The notes below the pieces were generated by a model, which was given only the letters and a program-made list of their open reading frames with translations, ran no database searches and was not told the origin of the DNA. The position numbers and the translations under genes are program-made. DNA of 64,000 nt, from positions 32,001 through 96,000 of the forward strand of contig JBDHHQ010000012.1 of assembly GCA_039589315.1 (NCBI GenBank), written 5' to 3'. Source of the DNA: Gemmatimonadota bacterium. Lineage in GTDB: Bacteria; Gemmatimonadota; Gemmatimonadetes; Longimicrobiales; Gaopeijiaceae. Within the stretch, counting starts at the first letter, position 1. Every line of letters starts with the position of its first letter. Positions 20,197-28,264 of this stretch are shown one piece after another.

Positions 20197-21084
20197 TCAC
20201 TCGGCCAGCGCACCCGCGCGGCGATCCTGGTCCGCACTCCTGGTGAAGGCCGGGACCCTCAGGCCCCGGTGCTCCTCGGCCATGACCCGTACGCCATACC
20301 GGGGCCACAATGCCAGGGCCGCCAGCAGCACCGCTCCGAACATCAGTACGAGCACCGGGCCGGTAGGAATGTCCAGACTGAAGGATACGCCCAACCCGAC
20401 CACGATGGCCGCGGTGCCGCAAGCCCAGGCGATCAGCAGCGCTTTCCGGAAGCTCGTCGTGAAGAGGAAGGCGACCACGGCCGGCATCACCAGGACGCTG
20501 AAGACCATGAGCACGCCGGCGATGTTGACCGAAGCCGTGATGATGAAGCCGAACGTGGCGTAGAACACGAAGTCCCAGAACCGGACGCTTCGCACCTGCT
20601 CGGGGGCGAAGGTAATCGACAGGAGTGGTCGTCTGAGGACGTAGTGGAGCAACCCGATCACCGCCGACGATACGGCGACGTAGGCGATCGTGCTCCACCT
20701 CACCCAGATCAGCGTGCCCGTCATCGTTTCCCGCAGGTGCTCGGCCCCCTCGGCGCTCAGCCCCGCCAGGAGGATAACCGCAGCGGACGCCAGGACGTAC
20801 GTGATGCCGATGAGCGCCTCCTGTGGCACCGGGGATTCTTCGAGGCGCGAGAAGCTGAAGATGAGTGCCCCGATCAGGGTGAAGCCGAATGACGCGACGT
20901 AGTGCATCGCGGATCCGTGCGGGACGCCCACGGCCAGGGCTGCCGTTCCTCCCAGGGCGGCGATCTGAGCCAGCGCCAGGTCCACGAAGATGACGCCCCG
21001 CTGAATGATGTGCAGCCCGAAGTACGCATGGGTGAGCAGGATCACCATCGCCACCACGAAGGGTGCGAGAAGAAGATCGATCAT
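20197..21084 (-). CDS. Metal (Zn/Mn-type, ABC-3) ABC transporter permease
   Basis: HAYFGLHIIQRGVIFVDLALAQIAALG; ~9 TM helices; GVLMVFSVLVMPA. Confidence 0.92.
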   Translation of the reverse strand: MIDLLLAPFVVAMVILLTHAYFGLHIIQRGVIFVDLALAQIAALGGTAALAVGVPHGSAMHYVASFGFTLIGALIFSFSRLEESPVPQEALIGITYVLASAAVILLAGLSAEGAEHLRETMTGTLIWVRWSTIAYVAVSSAVIGLLHYVLRRPLLSITFAPEQVRSVRFWDFVFYATFGFIITASVNIAGVLMVFSVLVMPAVVAFLFTTSFRKALLIAWACGTAAIVVGLGVSFSLDIPTGPVLVLMFGAVLLAALALWPRYGVRVMAEEHRGLRVPAFTRSADQDRRAGALAE

Positions 21085-21129
21085 GGCCCGCGTCTCCGGC
21101 TTCGGTTTACGTGGCTCCGCCCCTGTACG

Positions 21130-22368
21130 TCACCCTCCGGCTTCGAAAGCCTCTGCAAGCCGACTCACCCACAGGTCCATCAGCTCGAAGTAGTCGGCCG
21201 GCTCGCCGTCCTCGACGGGGTAGAGCGGAAGGATCACGGCCGCCGCGCCCCCGCGATCGGCGACCGTCCGCACCTTGCTCCGGTCGAAATAGTTCGCGGC
21301 CAGTATCACGTCGTAGCCACGCTGCTGCATCAGCTCGATCAGCTCGGCCACGTGACGCGGCGTGGGCGGAATGCCCGGCTTGGCCTCGACGTAGTCGACG
21401 CAGCTGACCTGGAAGCGGTCTTCGAAATAGGCCCAGTTCTTGTGATAGCAGATCAGGCTCTGGCCCCGGAAGGGTGCCGCGCGGCCGAGCCAGCCCCCGA
21501 GACGGTCGATGAGAGGCGCGCCCTCGTGCACGTTGTCCTCGAGAAACGAGAACAGGTTCCCGGACCGGGCCAGGCGATCCAGAGTCTCGCCACCGAACAG
21601 GTCCATGAGCGCGTCGCCGAAGAGGGCACTGCGCACGCGCTCGATGAAGTCGGCCAGTCCCTCGTCCCAGAGATCCGCCCGCTCGGGCGCCACCCTCTTG
21701 AGTCCCACCGTCACGTTCCGGGCGATCTGCACGACGCGGAGCGGATCGGTATGGAGGTGGGGGTTCCCGTACAGGTGGACGTCACCGGCGCTCCGGTCGG
21801 CGCCCGGCGGAATGTCGAGAAGCGCGACGCCGGTGTAGGCCGTCACGTATCCTGCGCCGCCCTCGGTGACTCTGCCGTTGCCCGCCTTGTCCAGCAGAGT
21901 CGGGACCCAGAGCTCCAGGTCCAGCCCCGTCGTGATGAACAGATCGGCGTCCCGGAGGTCCCTGGCGAAGCTGGGCTTGGGACGCACGAAATGGGCATCC
22001 TCGCTGGGGTGGGCGATGGAGGTCACGTGGACCTCGGCGCCACCGATCTGGCGCACGATGTCCGCGTACACGGGGAGGGACGCCACCACCCGAACGGGGG
22101 CCTGCTGCGGGGAGCCGCCGGCCGGGGTCGTGATGCCACCCGGCTCCTCGGCCTCCGGCTGGGCGCCCGCGACGCTGGCCGAGGGCACGGCGTGGCGTGC
22201 CTGCTCGACCCCCCGCTCGGCGTCGTCGACGCCGGCGGCTCCCTCGTCACCCGCCAGGGGCGTGGCGGCCATCGCCCAGAGGGCCGCGACCATGACCAGA
22301 CCGGCGGGTCGGGCCAGAGGGGTCATGCCCCCATCTCTCCGCATGCGTCGTTCGTCTTCGGCTTTCAT
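21130..22368 (-). CDS. Metal ABC transporter substrate-binding protein (ZnuA/cluster A-I)
   Basis: DAHFVRPKPS, TGLDLELW, GNPHLHTDP, YHKNWAYF, KPGIPPTPRH; ATG overlaps the upstream stop (TGATG). Confidence 0.92.
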   Translation of the reverse strand: MKAEDERRMRRDGGMTPLARPAGLVMVAALWAMAATPLAGDEGAAGVDDAERGVEQARHAVPSASVAGAQPEAEEPGGITTPAGGSPQQAPVRVVASLPVYADIVRQIGGAEVHVTSIAHPSEDAHFVRPKPSFARDLRDADLFITTGLDLELWVPTLLDKAGNGRVTEGGAGYVTAYTGVALLDIPPGADRSAGDVHLYGNPHLHTDPLRVVQIARNVTVGLKRVAPERADLWDEGLADFIERVRSALFGDALMDLFGGETLDRLARSGNLFSFLEDNVHEGAPLIDRLGGWLGRAAPFRGQSLICYHKNWAYFEDRFQVSCVDYVEAKPGIPPTPRHVAELIELMQQRGYDVILAANYFDRSKVRTVADRGGAAAVILPLYPVEDGEPADYFELMDLWVSRLAEAFEAGG

Positions 22369-23753
22369 CAGTAGGTCTCGTGCTTGTGGGGACCCATGGC
22401 GAACGTGAACTGGATCAGCAACAAGTTGCGCACCCCCGCCGGGTCCTCCAGATGGTCGAACTCGGCCCTCAGTCGAACCCATTCGCTCTGCCACCACGTC
22501 AGGGTCGGCGCCACCAGCCAGGCGCTCTCGTCGGGGTCGTCGGGCTCCTGGACCCACTCGTATCTGCCCCCTACGAGCCACTGCCTGCCCAGTCGGTACT
22601 CACCCCATACCCAGGTGCCCCACGCGGTCTCCAGCCCCTCGAGCCCTGATGGGTCTCGCACCATCGCGCCACCGCGAAGGTTGAACCCCCGGTAGAGCGA
22701 CCGCCCCGGCGGGGTCCAGGTAAGGGAACCCTCCAGGGTGTAGAGTCTCTGGTCGAAGGCGATGGGATCGAGCGGCTCCGTCGGTGGCTCCTCTCCCTCC
22801 TCCTCGGGGTCCAGGCGAAACGGCCCGCCGGTGGCGCTCACACCCATGTCGAGATCCCATGCCTGGCCGAGCTGCCAGAAGGCGTTGAGGTGGCCCAGGA
22901 AGGAGGGCTTGTTCGACTCGCCGTAGAGGAGCGCGTTGCTGCTTCGGGTCACCTCGAAGGCCGCTTCATACGTGCCCGCGCCCCGGATCGGGAGCAGCAC
23001 CCGGGCACTGGCTCCGGCCTGGCTGAGGTTTTCCTCTCCGATGAACGCCAGATGGGGAAGAGAGCGGCTCTGGAAGGGCAGCGCGTGGGAGTGCCAGCGG
23101 TTCATGGTCCCGAGCTGCTGGAAGAACTGTCCCAGCTTGAGGGAGAAGCCGCCCGGGAGCGCCACCCACTCCAGATAGGCCTCCTCGAGCTCGAAGCCCG
23201 CTTCCTCGCCCCCCTCGCCGTGTCCGTGTCCCTCCTCTCCCTCGAACGGGATCAGCTCACCGCCCGGCGTGTGATACGCGAGGAAGATCTTGGCGCGGGA
23301 GTAGGGGTCCAGTGACGATTGGAAGGAGAACTCGAATTCTCTCGGGACGAAGTTGTTCTCGTCGGGGTCGTCCGGGTTGCTGAATGCGAAGAAGTCGGCG
23401 TTGACGCTGATCTCCGGGTTGAGCGCCTGCAGCGACCGCTGTCGGCCCACGAACTGCCCCTCCTGAGCCTGCGGGTCTTCGGGAGGGGCGTCCGCCGCGG
23501 CCTCCTCGGCGGCCTCGAGGAGCGCTTCCAGCTCGTCACGCTGCTCTTCCTCGGCTCGCGCATCCTCCAGCCTACGCAGGGCGGCGCGGAGACTGTCGAT
23601 CTCCGCCCGCAGAGAGTCGACCTCTTCACGGATCGAATCTCCTACCTCCTGAGCCCCCACGGCAGACGCCGCTCCCGCCATCGTGGTGGCGATGGCGAGC
23701 GCGGTGATCGGCAGCGAAAGCCGCCTCAGAAGTCGGGATGTCGTATACATCAT
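22368..23753 (-). CDS. Outer-membrane beta-barrel associated with metal uptake (coiled-coil N-terminus, His-bearing loop and C-terminus)
   Basis: Signal peptide, coiled coil, LNPEISV...EFSFQSSLDPY, HGHG loop, SEWVRLRAEF, C-terminal GPHKHETY. Confidence 0.85.
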   Translation of the reverse strand: MMYTTSRLLRRLSLPITALAIATTMAGAASAVGAQEVGDSIREEVDSLRAEIDSLRAALRRLEDARAEEEQRDELEALLEAAEEAAADAPPEDPQAQEGQFVGRQRSLQALNPEISVNADFFAFSNPDDPDENNFVPREFEFSFQSSLDPYSRAKIFLAYHTPGGELIPFEGEEGHGHGEGGEEAGFELEEAYLEWVALPGGFSLKLGQFFQQLGTMNRWHSHALPFQSRSLPHLAFIGEENLSQAGASARVLLPIRGAGTYEAAFEVTRSSNALLYGESNKPSFLGHLNAFWQLGQAWDLDMGVSATGGPFRLDPEEEGEEPPTEPLDPIAFDQRLYTLEGSLTWTPPGRSLYRGFNLRGGAMVRDPSGLEGLETAWGTWVWGEYRLGRQWLVGGRYEWVQEPDDPDESAWLVAPTLTWWQSEWVRLRAEFDHLEDPAGVRNLLLIQFTFAMGPHKHETY

Positions 23754-23831
23754 GAGCCTGATTGCCTGAAACTGACACGCGAGGTGGCTAGCGGCCACAC
23801 GGCGACTCGCCCCGGAGCGAGGGGCACCGAT

Positions 23832-24161
23832 TCAGGCGGCGGGGGGCGCTCTGGGCGGAGGGCGGATGTGCTCGATCTTCGAAAGTGGGACACCGGTGCG
23901 GAAGCCATCACGGTCGTCGCGTACTTCGAGAGATGCCGACTGCGGGCTCTCGGCCCCCAGCACCGCCGTAATGGACTGGATCTGGGAGCAGACGCGGTGG
24001 TCGTGGGCGCCCGGGCAGTCGGCAGGGTCGTGCTGGGGCTCCAGCGTCGTCCGCGCCTGCGCGTCCTGGTCGAGGAGCGTGGGCGCGACCCCCCCGCCCA
24101 TCGCGAGCAGCAAGGCCAGCGACGTCAGCATCGTCCTGGACGGGCGGGTTGACGTGTCCAT
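23832..24161 (-). CDS. DUF2946/CruR-like leader protein with His/Cys motif and C-terminal RAPP arrest motif
   Basis: Hydrophobic N-terminus, HDPADCPGAHDHRVC, ends IRPPPRAPPAA*; 78 nt upstream of the metal-uptake operon. Confidence 0.75.
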   Translation of the reverse strand: MDTSTRPSRTMLTSLALLLAMGGGVAPTLLDQDAQARTTLEPQHDPADCPGAHDHRVCSQIQSITAVLGAESPQSASLEVRDDRDGFRTGVPLSKIEHIRPPPRAPPAA

Positions 24162-24312
24162 GGTGTCTCAAAACCGTACGCTGGCGTCCGGCCCGAGTCA
24201 ACGACCGCCCTCGGACAAGGACGCTCGCCAGCCAGCACGGGGAACGCTAGCTTGCCGGCCTTCTTGTACAAGCGCGACCCGCTCAGTGGTCCCGATGCGC
24301 GAAACAACATGC

Positions 24313-25032
24313 ATGGAAAGGGTGGCTTTGGGCGCGACTTTCGGCGTCCGCGGACCACGACTCCCCTCGAGGCGCGGGCCCGCTCGCTCGGCCCTCGTGT
24401 ACCGGGTCGTCCAGCCTCTGCTGATCATCATGCTGGGCTGGTCGGCACAGCCCGCCACGGCCCAGGAGGCGCCTATCCTGTTCGACGTTCGCCTGGGTGC
24501 CCTCTATGCGAGTCCATTCGCTGAGGGGCAGACCCTTCATCCGGACGACGTGGGCACGGACGGCCGTGAGTCCGTCGACATCCAACCCGGAATCGGTCCC
24601 GCTGCGGATGCCGCGATCCTCCTGGGCTTCTCGCCCCGGGTGGACGGCGAGCTCCGTCTGGGTCTGTCCTGGAACGGCCTGACGGGGTCCGGAACCTCCG
24701 GCACCTGGGACGGGGGTGGCATCACGACGGTGTCAGTGTTGGCCGGGCTGGGAGCCAAGCTCTGGCCAGGCGTGGTGCTGAGAGGCGCACTGGGCAAGCT
24801 CTTCCACTCGTCGGGTGCCGCCGTCCTGGACGGCGGCAGCAACACGGGTCTGCTCTTCAGCGGCGGCGTCGGGTACCGACCGGCATTGGATCTGTCCTTC
24901 GGCTTGCGGCTGGACGCCGATGTCCAGTACTACGAGTTCGGATCGTCAGCGCTGCGCGAATCCGGCGCGGCCGACGCCTCGGTGTACCGGGTCTCGCTGA
25001 TGCTGGCAGCCATCTTCGGAGGAGACTCGTGA
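24313..25032 (+). CDS. Putative outer-membrane beta-barrel protein (start uncertain)
   Basis: Signal peptide ending ATA-Q; alternating Gly/aromatic beta strands. Confidence 0.6.
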   Translation: MERVALGATFGVRGPRLPSRRGPARSALVYRVVQPLLIIMLGWSAQPATAQEAPILFDVRLGALYASPFAEGQTLHPDDVGTDGRESVDIQPGIGPAADAAILLGFSPRVDGELRLGLSWNGLTGSGTSGTWDGGGITTVSVLAGLGAKLWPGVVLRGALGKLFHSSGAAVLDGGSNTGLLFSGGVGYRPALDLSFGLRLDADVQYYEFGSSALRESGAADASVYRVSLMLAAIFGGDS

Positions 25033-25763
25033 GCGGGGATGCACGAGGTCGCGGCGTGCGGCGGCCCGGACGGGGAACGGTGGCCCCTATCCTGTCTGCT
25101 CTGGTCCTCTTGTCGCTGGGGTTGTCGGCCGGGTGCGAGACCCCCTCGGTGCCCTTTGACGAGGGTCAGTACGACTTCCGCCTCAACGTGACCACGTCGG
25201 CAGGGAGCTTCGTCCGCACGTTCCACTGGGGGCCCGGCGCCGAAGTGCCCGTCTTCGTGAACCTGTCATCGACGGAGGGTCGGCCGTCTCTGGCGACCGC
25301 GCTGGACCGCGCCAGCGACACGTGGACCCGGTCCGCCGTGTTCAGCGAGGTGCGTGTCAGGCGGACCACGGACCTCGGCGAAGCGGTAGCGGTCCTGCAG
25401 TGGGCGGATGCGGAGCCCGTGCTCTCCACCCCGCCGGGCTGTACGGGACCGGTGACCGGGGCCGCCTCCACGGTGGGCTGCTTGAACGAGACGGCCGACT
25501 CGCTTCGCACCTGGCGGCGTCGCGACGGAGGGTCCTCCAAGGTGCTGTTCAGCGTGTTCGTCAAGGTACGGCCCGATTTCGACGACGAGCTGCTCGACCG
25601 CGTCGTCGCGCACGAGGCGGGTCACGTGCTCGGGATCCTGGCCCACTCCCTGAACGGCGAGGATCTCATGTGGGCCGGTGACCTCGCTTCCGCCAGCCCT
25701 TCCGGGGCCGACCGCCAAGCGTTGCGGAGCCTGTACCAGAGCCCCGTCGACCTCCTCTACTAG
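25029..25763 (+). CDS. Matrixin/M10-like zinc metalloprotease lipoprotein
   Basis: Lipobox LSAGC; HEAGHVLGILAHS; Met-turn DLM; D..AL..LY tail. Confidence 0.85.
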   Translation: MSGDARGRGVRRPGRGTVAPILSALVLLSLGLSAGCETPSVPFDEGQYDFRLNVTTSAGSFVRTFHWGPGAEVPVFVNLSSTEGRPSLATALDRASDTWTRSAVFSEVRVRRTTDLGEAVAVLQWADAEPVLSTPPGCTGPVTGAASTVGCLNETADSLRTWRRRDGGSSKVLFSVFVKVRPDFDDELLDRVVAHEAGHVLGILAHSLNGEDLMWAGDLASASPSGADRQALRSLYQSPVDLLY

Positions 25764-25901
25764 GGGTTGGACGCGGACTCGGTACGCCTCGGTTTCGGTG
25801 CTCGCGCGCCCACTCCTGCATCCAGGCTGCACGTCGTCTGGACGGTGTGGGTGGCGCGCCAGGACGGTGGCGCCCGCCGGCGGGCCCGACTATATTGGGT
25901 C

Positions 25902-26052
25902 CGCGTGCTGGAGGACTCATTATTGAGCCAACACGCGCGAAGCCGGGACTGACTCCCGAGGTGGACGTCCTGCCCCCGAGGGGGACTTCGAAAACCGTGG
26001 GGAAGTCACCAGAAGTTTAACCCGGGCTTCAATAAACACCCCTCCAGCGCGT
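25902..26052 (+). ncRNA. ssrS: 6S RNA
   Basis: TATATT -10 at 25891; closing stem CGTGCTGGAGG/CCTCCAGCGCG; TTATTGAGCC/GGCTTCAATAA; central bubble; inner stem TGACTCCC/GGGAAGTCA; motifs resemble E. coli 6S GAGCC, CUUAAAAC, GGGUUCAA. Confidence 0.75.
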
Positions 26053-26055
26053 GTA

Positions 26056-26094
26056 GAGGCCGGCGTCTCGGGGGCGTCGGCCTCCTTTGTTTGT
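26056..26094 (+). terminator. Intrinsic terminator after the 6S RNA
   Basis: GAGGCCGGCGTC...GGCGTCGGCCTC hairpin followed by CTTTGTTTGT. Confidence 0.75.
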
Positions 26095-26146
26095 CCGCGA
26101 TCCGGGACCGAAACGCCCGAAACCGGGTAGCCGTTGGCTCCGACTC

Positions 26147-26800
26147 ATGACTGGACGCGGAGCACTGGCGTTGACCGACCTCGAGACCTCCACCCCACCT
26201 GCGGACACCCCTTCCCTGGGCGCCGACCTGACGCACGCCAGCTTCGAGGAGCTGGTGGCCGAGATGATCCGACGCATCGGCGACGACCCGGATCGGGAGG
26301 GACTCCAGAAGACGCCCGAGCGGGTGGCCAAGGCGTGGGAGCACATGGCTCGCGGATACACGAGCAGCGCCGAGCAAGTGATCGGAGACGCTCTCTTCGA
26401 GGAACACCATCACAATATGGTCCTCGTGAAGGACATCGAGCTGTACTCGATGTGTGAGCATCACCTGCTTCCCTTCTTCGGGAAGGCGCATGTGGCGTAT
26501 ATCCCCAACGGTCAGATCATGGGCCTGAGCAAGACGGCCCGTCTTGTCGAGGTCTACGCACGGCGCCTGCAAGTCCAGGAGCGGCTCACGGAGCAGATCG
26601 CTCAGGCTCTTTGGGAGATCGTCCAGCCCCAGGGCGTGGGTGTCGTGATCGAAGCGGCGCATCTGTGCATGATGATGCGCGGCGTGGAAAAGCAGAGCTC
26701 GAAAACGATCACTTCGGCGATGCGCGGTCTGTTCCTCAAGGACCACCGGACGAGGGGGGAGTTCCTCCGCCTGGCCACCAGCACGCAGCAGCCCCTCTGA
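26147..26800 (+). CDS. folE: GTP cyclohydrolase I
   Basis: [44 protein letters not shown]; start could alternatively be TTG 26171. Confidence 0.97.
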   Translation: MTGRGALALTDLETSTPPADTPSLGADLTHASFEELVAEMIRRIGDDPDREGLQKTPERVAKAWEHMARGYTSSAEQVIGDALFEEHHHNMVLVKDIELYSMCEHHLLPFFGKAHVAYIPNGQIMGLSKTARLVEVYARRLQVQERLTEQIAQALWEIVQPQGVGVVIEAAHLCMMMRGVEKQSSKTITSAMRGLFLKDHRTRGEFLRLATSTQQPL

Positions 26801-26813
26801 GTCTTCCGACGCG

Positions 26814-27221
26814 ATGTACACGGTAAGCGTACAGGCCCACTACGACGCGGCCCACTTCCTGGCCAACTACGACGGGAAGTGCAACCGACTCCACGGTCAC
26901 CGGTACGTCGTCGAGGCGGCCGTCCAGACGCCCGATCTGGACGCGTCCGGCATCGCCTTCGATTTTGCCGATCTGAAGGGCCTGCTGCGGGAGCTCGCCG
27001 ACGAGCTCGACCACCAGAACCTCAACGATCTGCCTCAGTTCCGGAACGTGGAGACCAGTGCCGAGAACCAAGCGAAGTACTTCTTCGACGCCCTGCGGGC
27101 GCGGCTTCCGGATCACGTGGCCGGCGGATTGATCTACACGCGGGTCTGGGAGGGGCCCAATCAGTGGGCCCAATTCAGCGAAGGGCCCTGGATGGCGCCC
27201 CCTGGGCCGCCGGGTACCTGA
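26814..27221 (+). CDS. queD: 6-carboxy-5,6,7,8-tetrahydropterin synthase (PTPS-I)
   Basis: AAHFL, CNRLHGH (CX3HGH), LDHQNLND, TSAEN, VWE. Confidence 0.9.
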   Translation: MYTVSVQAHYDAAHFLANYDGKCNRLHGHRYVVEAAVQTPDLDASGIAFDFADLKGLLRELADELDHQNLNDLPQFRNVETSAENQAKYFFDALRARLPDHVAGGLIYTRVWEGPNQWAQFSEGPWMAPPGPPGT

Positions 27222-27357
27222 ACCCTGTCGTCCGCCGCGAGCCGTCGACCGAATTCTACGTGGGACAAGGAGATGTCGAGCTCCTTGGGCCGTTGCGTGG
27301 GCCCCTGGCCCCGCCTACGTTTTGGGGCGGCAGGCACCCCGACGCTCAACCCCTCCC

Positions 27358-27789
27358 ATGACCTGGCTTCGTAGGCTCTTTGGCGGCAGAGGCCACTCAG
27401 AGCGAGTGGACTACTATGAGGAAGGCCTCGCCCTCCTGTCCGAGGGAAAGTTCCACGAGGCCCTGACTTCGTTTCGCCTTGCGCTCAAGGACGCCCCCGG
27501 CGATCCGGTGGTGCTGCAGCAGATCGCCATCGCCTACACGCGCATCGGCATGACGGACGAGGCCGCCAAGACGTATCGCCATGTGCTCCAGCGCGATCCG
27601 GCAGCGGCGGGTGCCCACTACGGCCTCGCGTTTCTCCTGCTCCGCTCCGGCCACCAGATGGAGGCGGCGCAGCATCTGCGGGCCTTCCTGGACAACGCGC
27701 CCCGCACCGTGGAGGCGGAGCAGCACGTTTCCCACGCCCGGGCCACGCTCGCCCAGTTGACGGGGGAGCCAGAGCCCGAGCATGGCTGA
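27358..27789 (+). CDS. Tetratricopeptide repeat protein
   Basis: ~3 TPR units; N-terminal WLRRLFG amphipathic helix. Confidence 0.85.
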   Translation: MTWLRRLFGGRGHSERVDYYEEGLALLSEGKFHEALTSFRLALKDAPGDPVVLQQIAIAYTRIGMTDEAAKTYRHVLQRDPAAAGAHYGLAFLLLRSGHQMEAAQHLRAFLDNAPRTVEAEQHVSHARATLAQLTGEPEPEHG

Positions 27790-28213
27790 GAAGCGCGTAC
27801 GGCTCGACTGGACCGGCCAGGGCCTGGTCTTCCGCGGAGGACCGTCCGCCGACACCGCGGTGACGTTGGACAGCGACGGCGAGCAGGGCCCGTCGCCGAC
27901 CGACTTCCTTCTGCTGTCGCTGGCGGGCTGCATGGGTGTGGACGTGCAGGTCATACTCGAGAAGTCCCGGGTTCCGGTTGAGGCCCTGGCGGTGGAGGCA
28001 TCAGGTCAGCGCGCACCTACCGAGCCTCGTCGCTTCACCTCGATCCGCCTCGTCTACGAGGTGAAGGGTCCGGAAGAGGAGCACCAGACGCGCCTGGAGA
28101 GGGCGGTGGCGCTTTCGAGGGACAAGTACTGCAGCGTGCTGCACAGCTTGCAGCCCGACATCGATCTCGACATCGAGATCCGACGGACCCGAGCCTCGAA
28201 CACCGGGGCATAG
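27782..28213 (+). CDS. OsmC/YhfA family protein
   Basis: GPSPTDFLLLSLAGCMGVDV...KYCSV. Confidence 0.92.
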   Translation: MAEKRVRLDWTGQGLVFRGGPSADTAVTLDSDGEQGPSPTDFLLLSLAGCMGVDVQVILEKSRVPVEALAVEASGQRAPTEPRRFTSIRLVYEVKGPEEEHQTRLERAVALSRDKYCSVLHSLQPDIDLDIEIRRTRASNTGA

Positions 28214-28264
28214 CTCAGCCCGCCCTCTCGAGAACGGTTGGGGATCCCCTCACAGGAGACCGCG

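Noticed and set aside
26147..27221. folE-queD as a 7-deazaguanine DNA-modification (dpd) island
   Set aside because: No dpdA/tgt, queC or queE in the window; the context is housekeeping.
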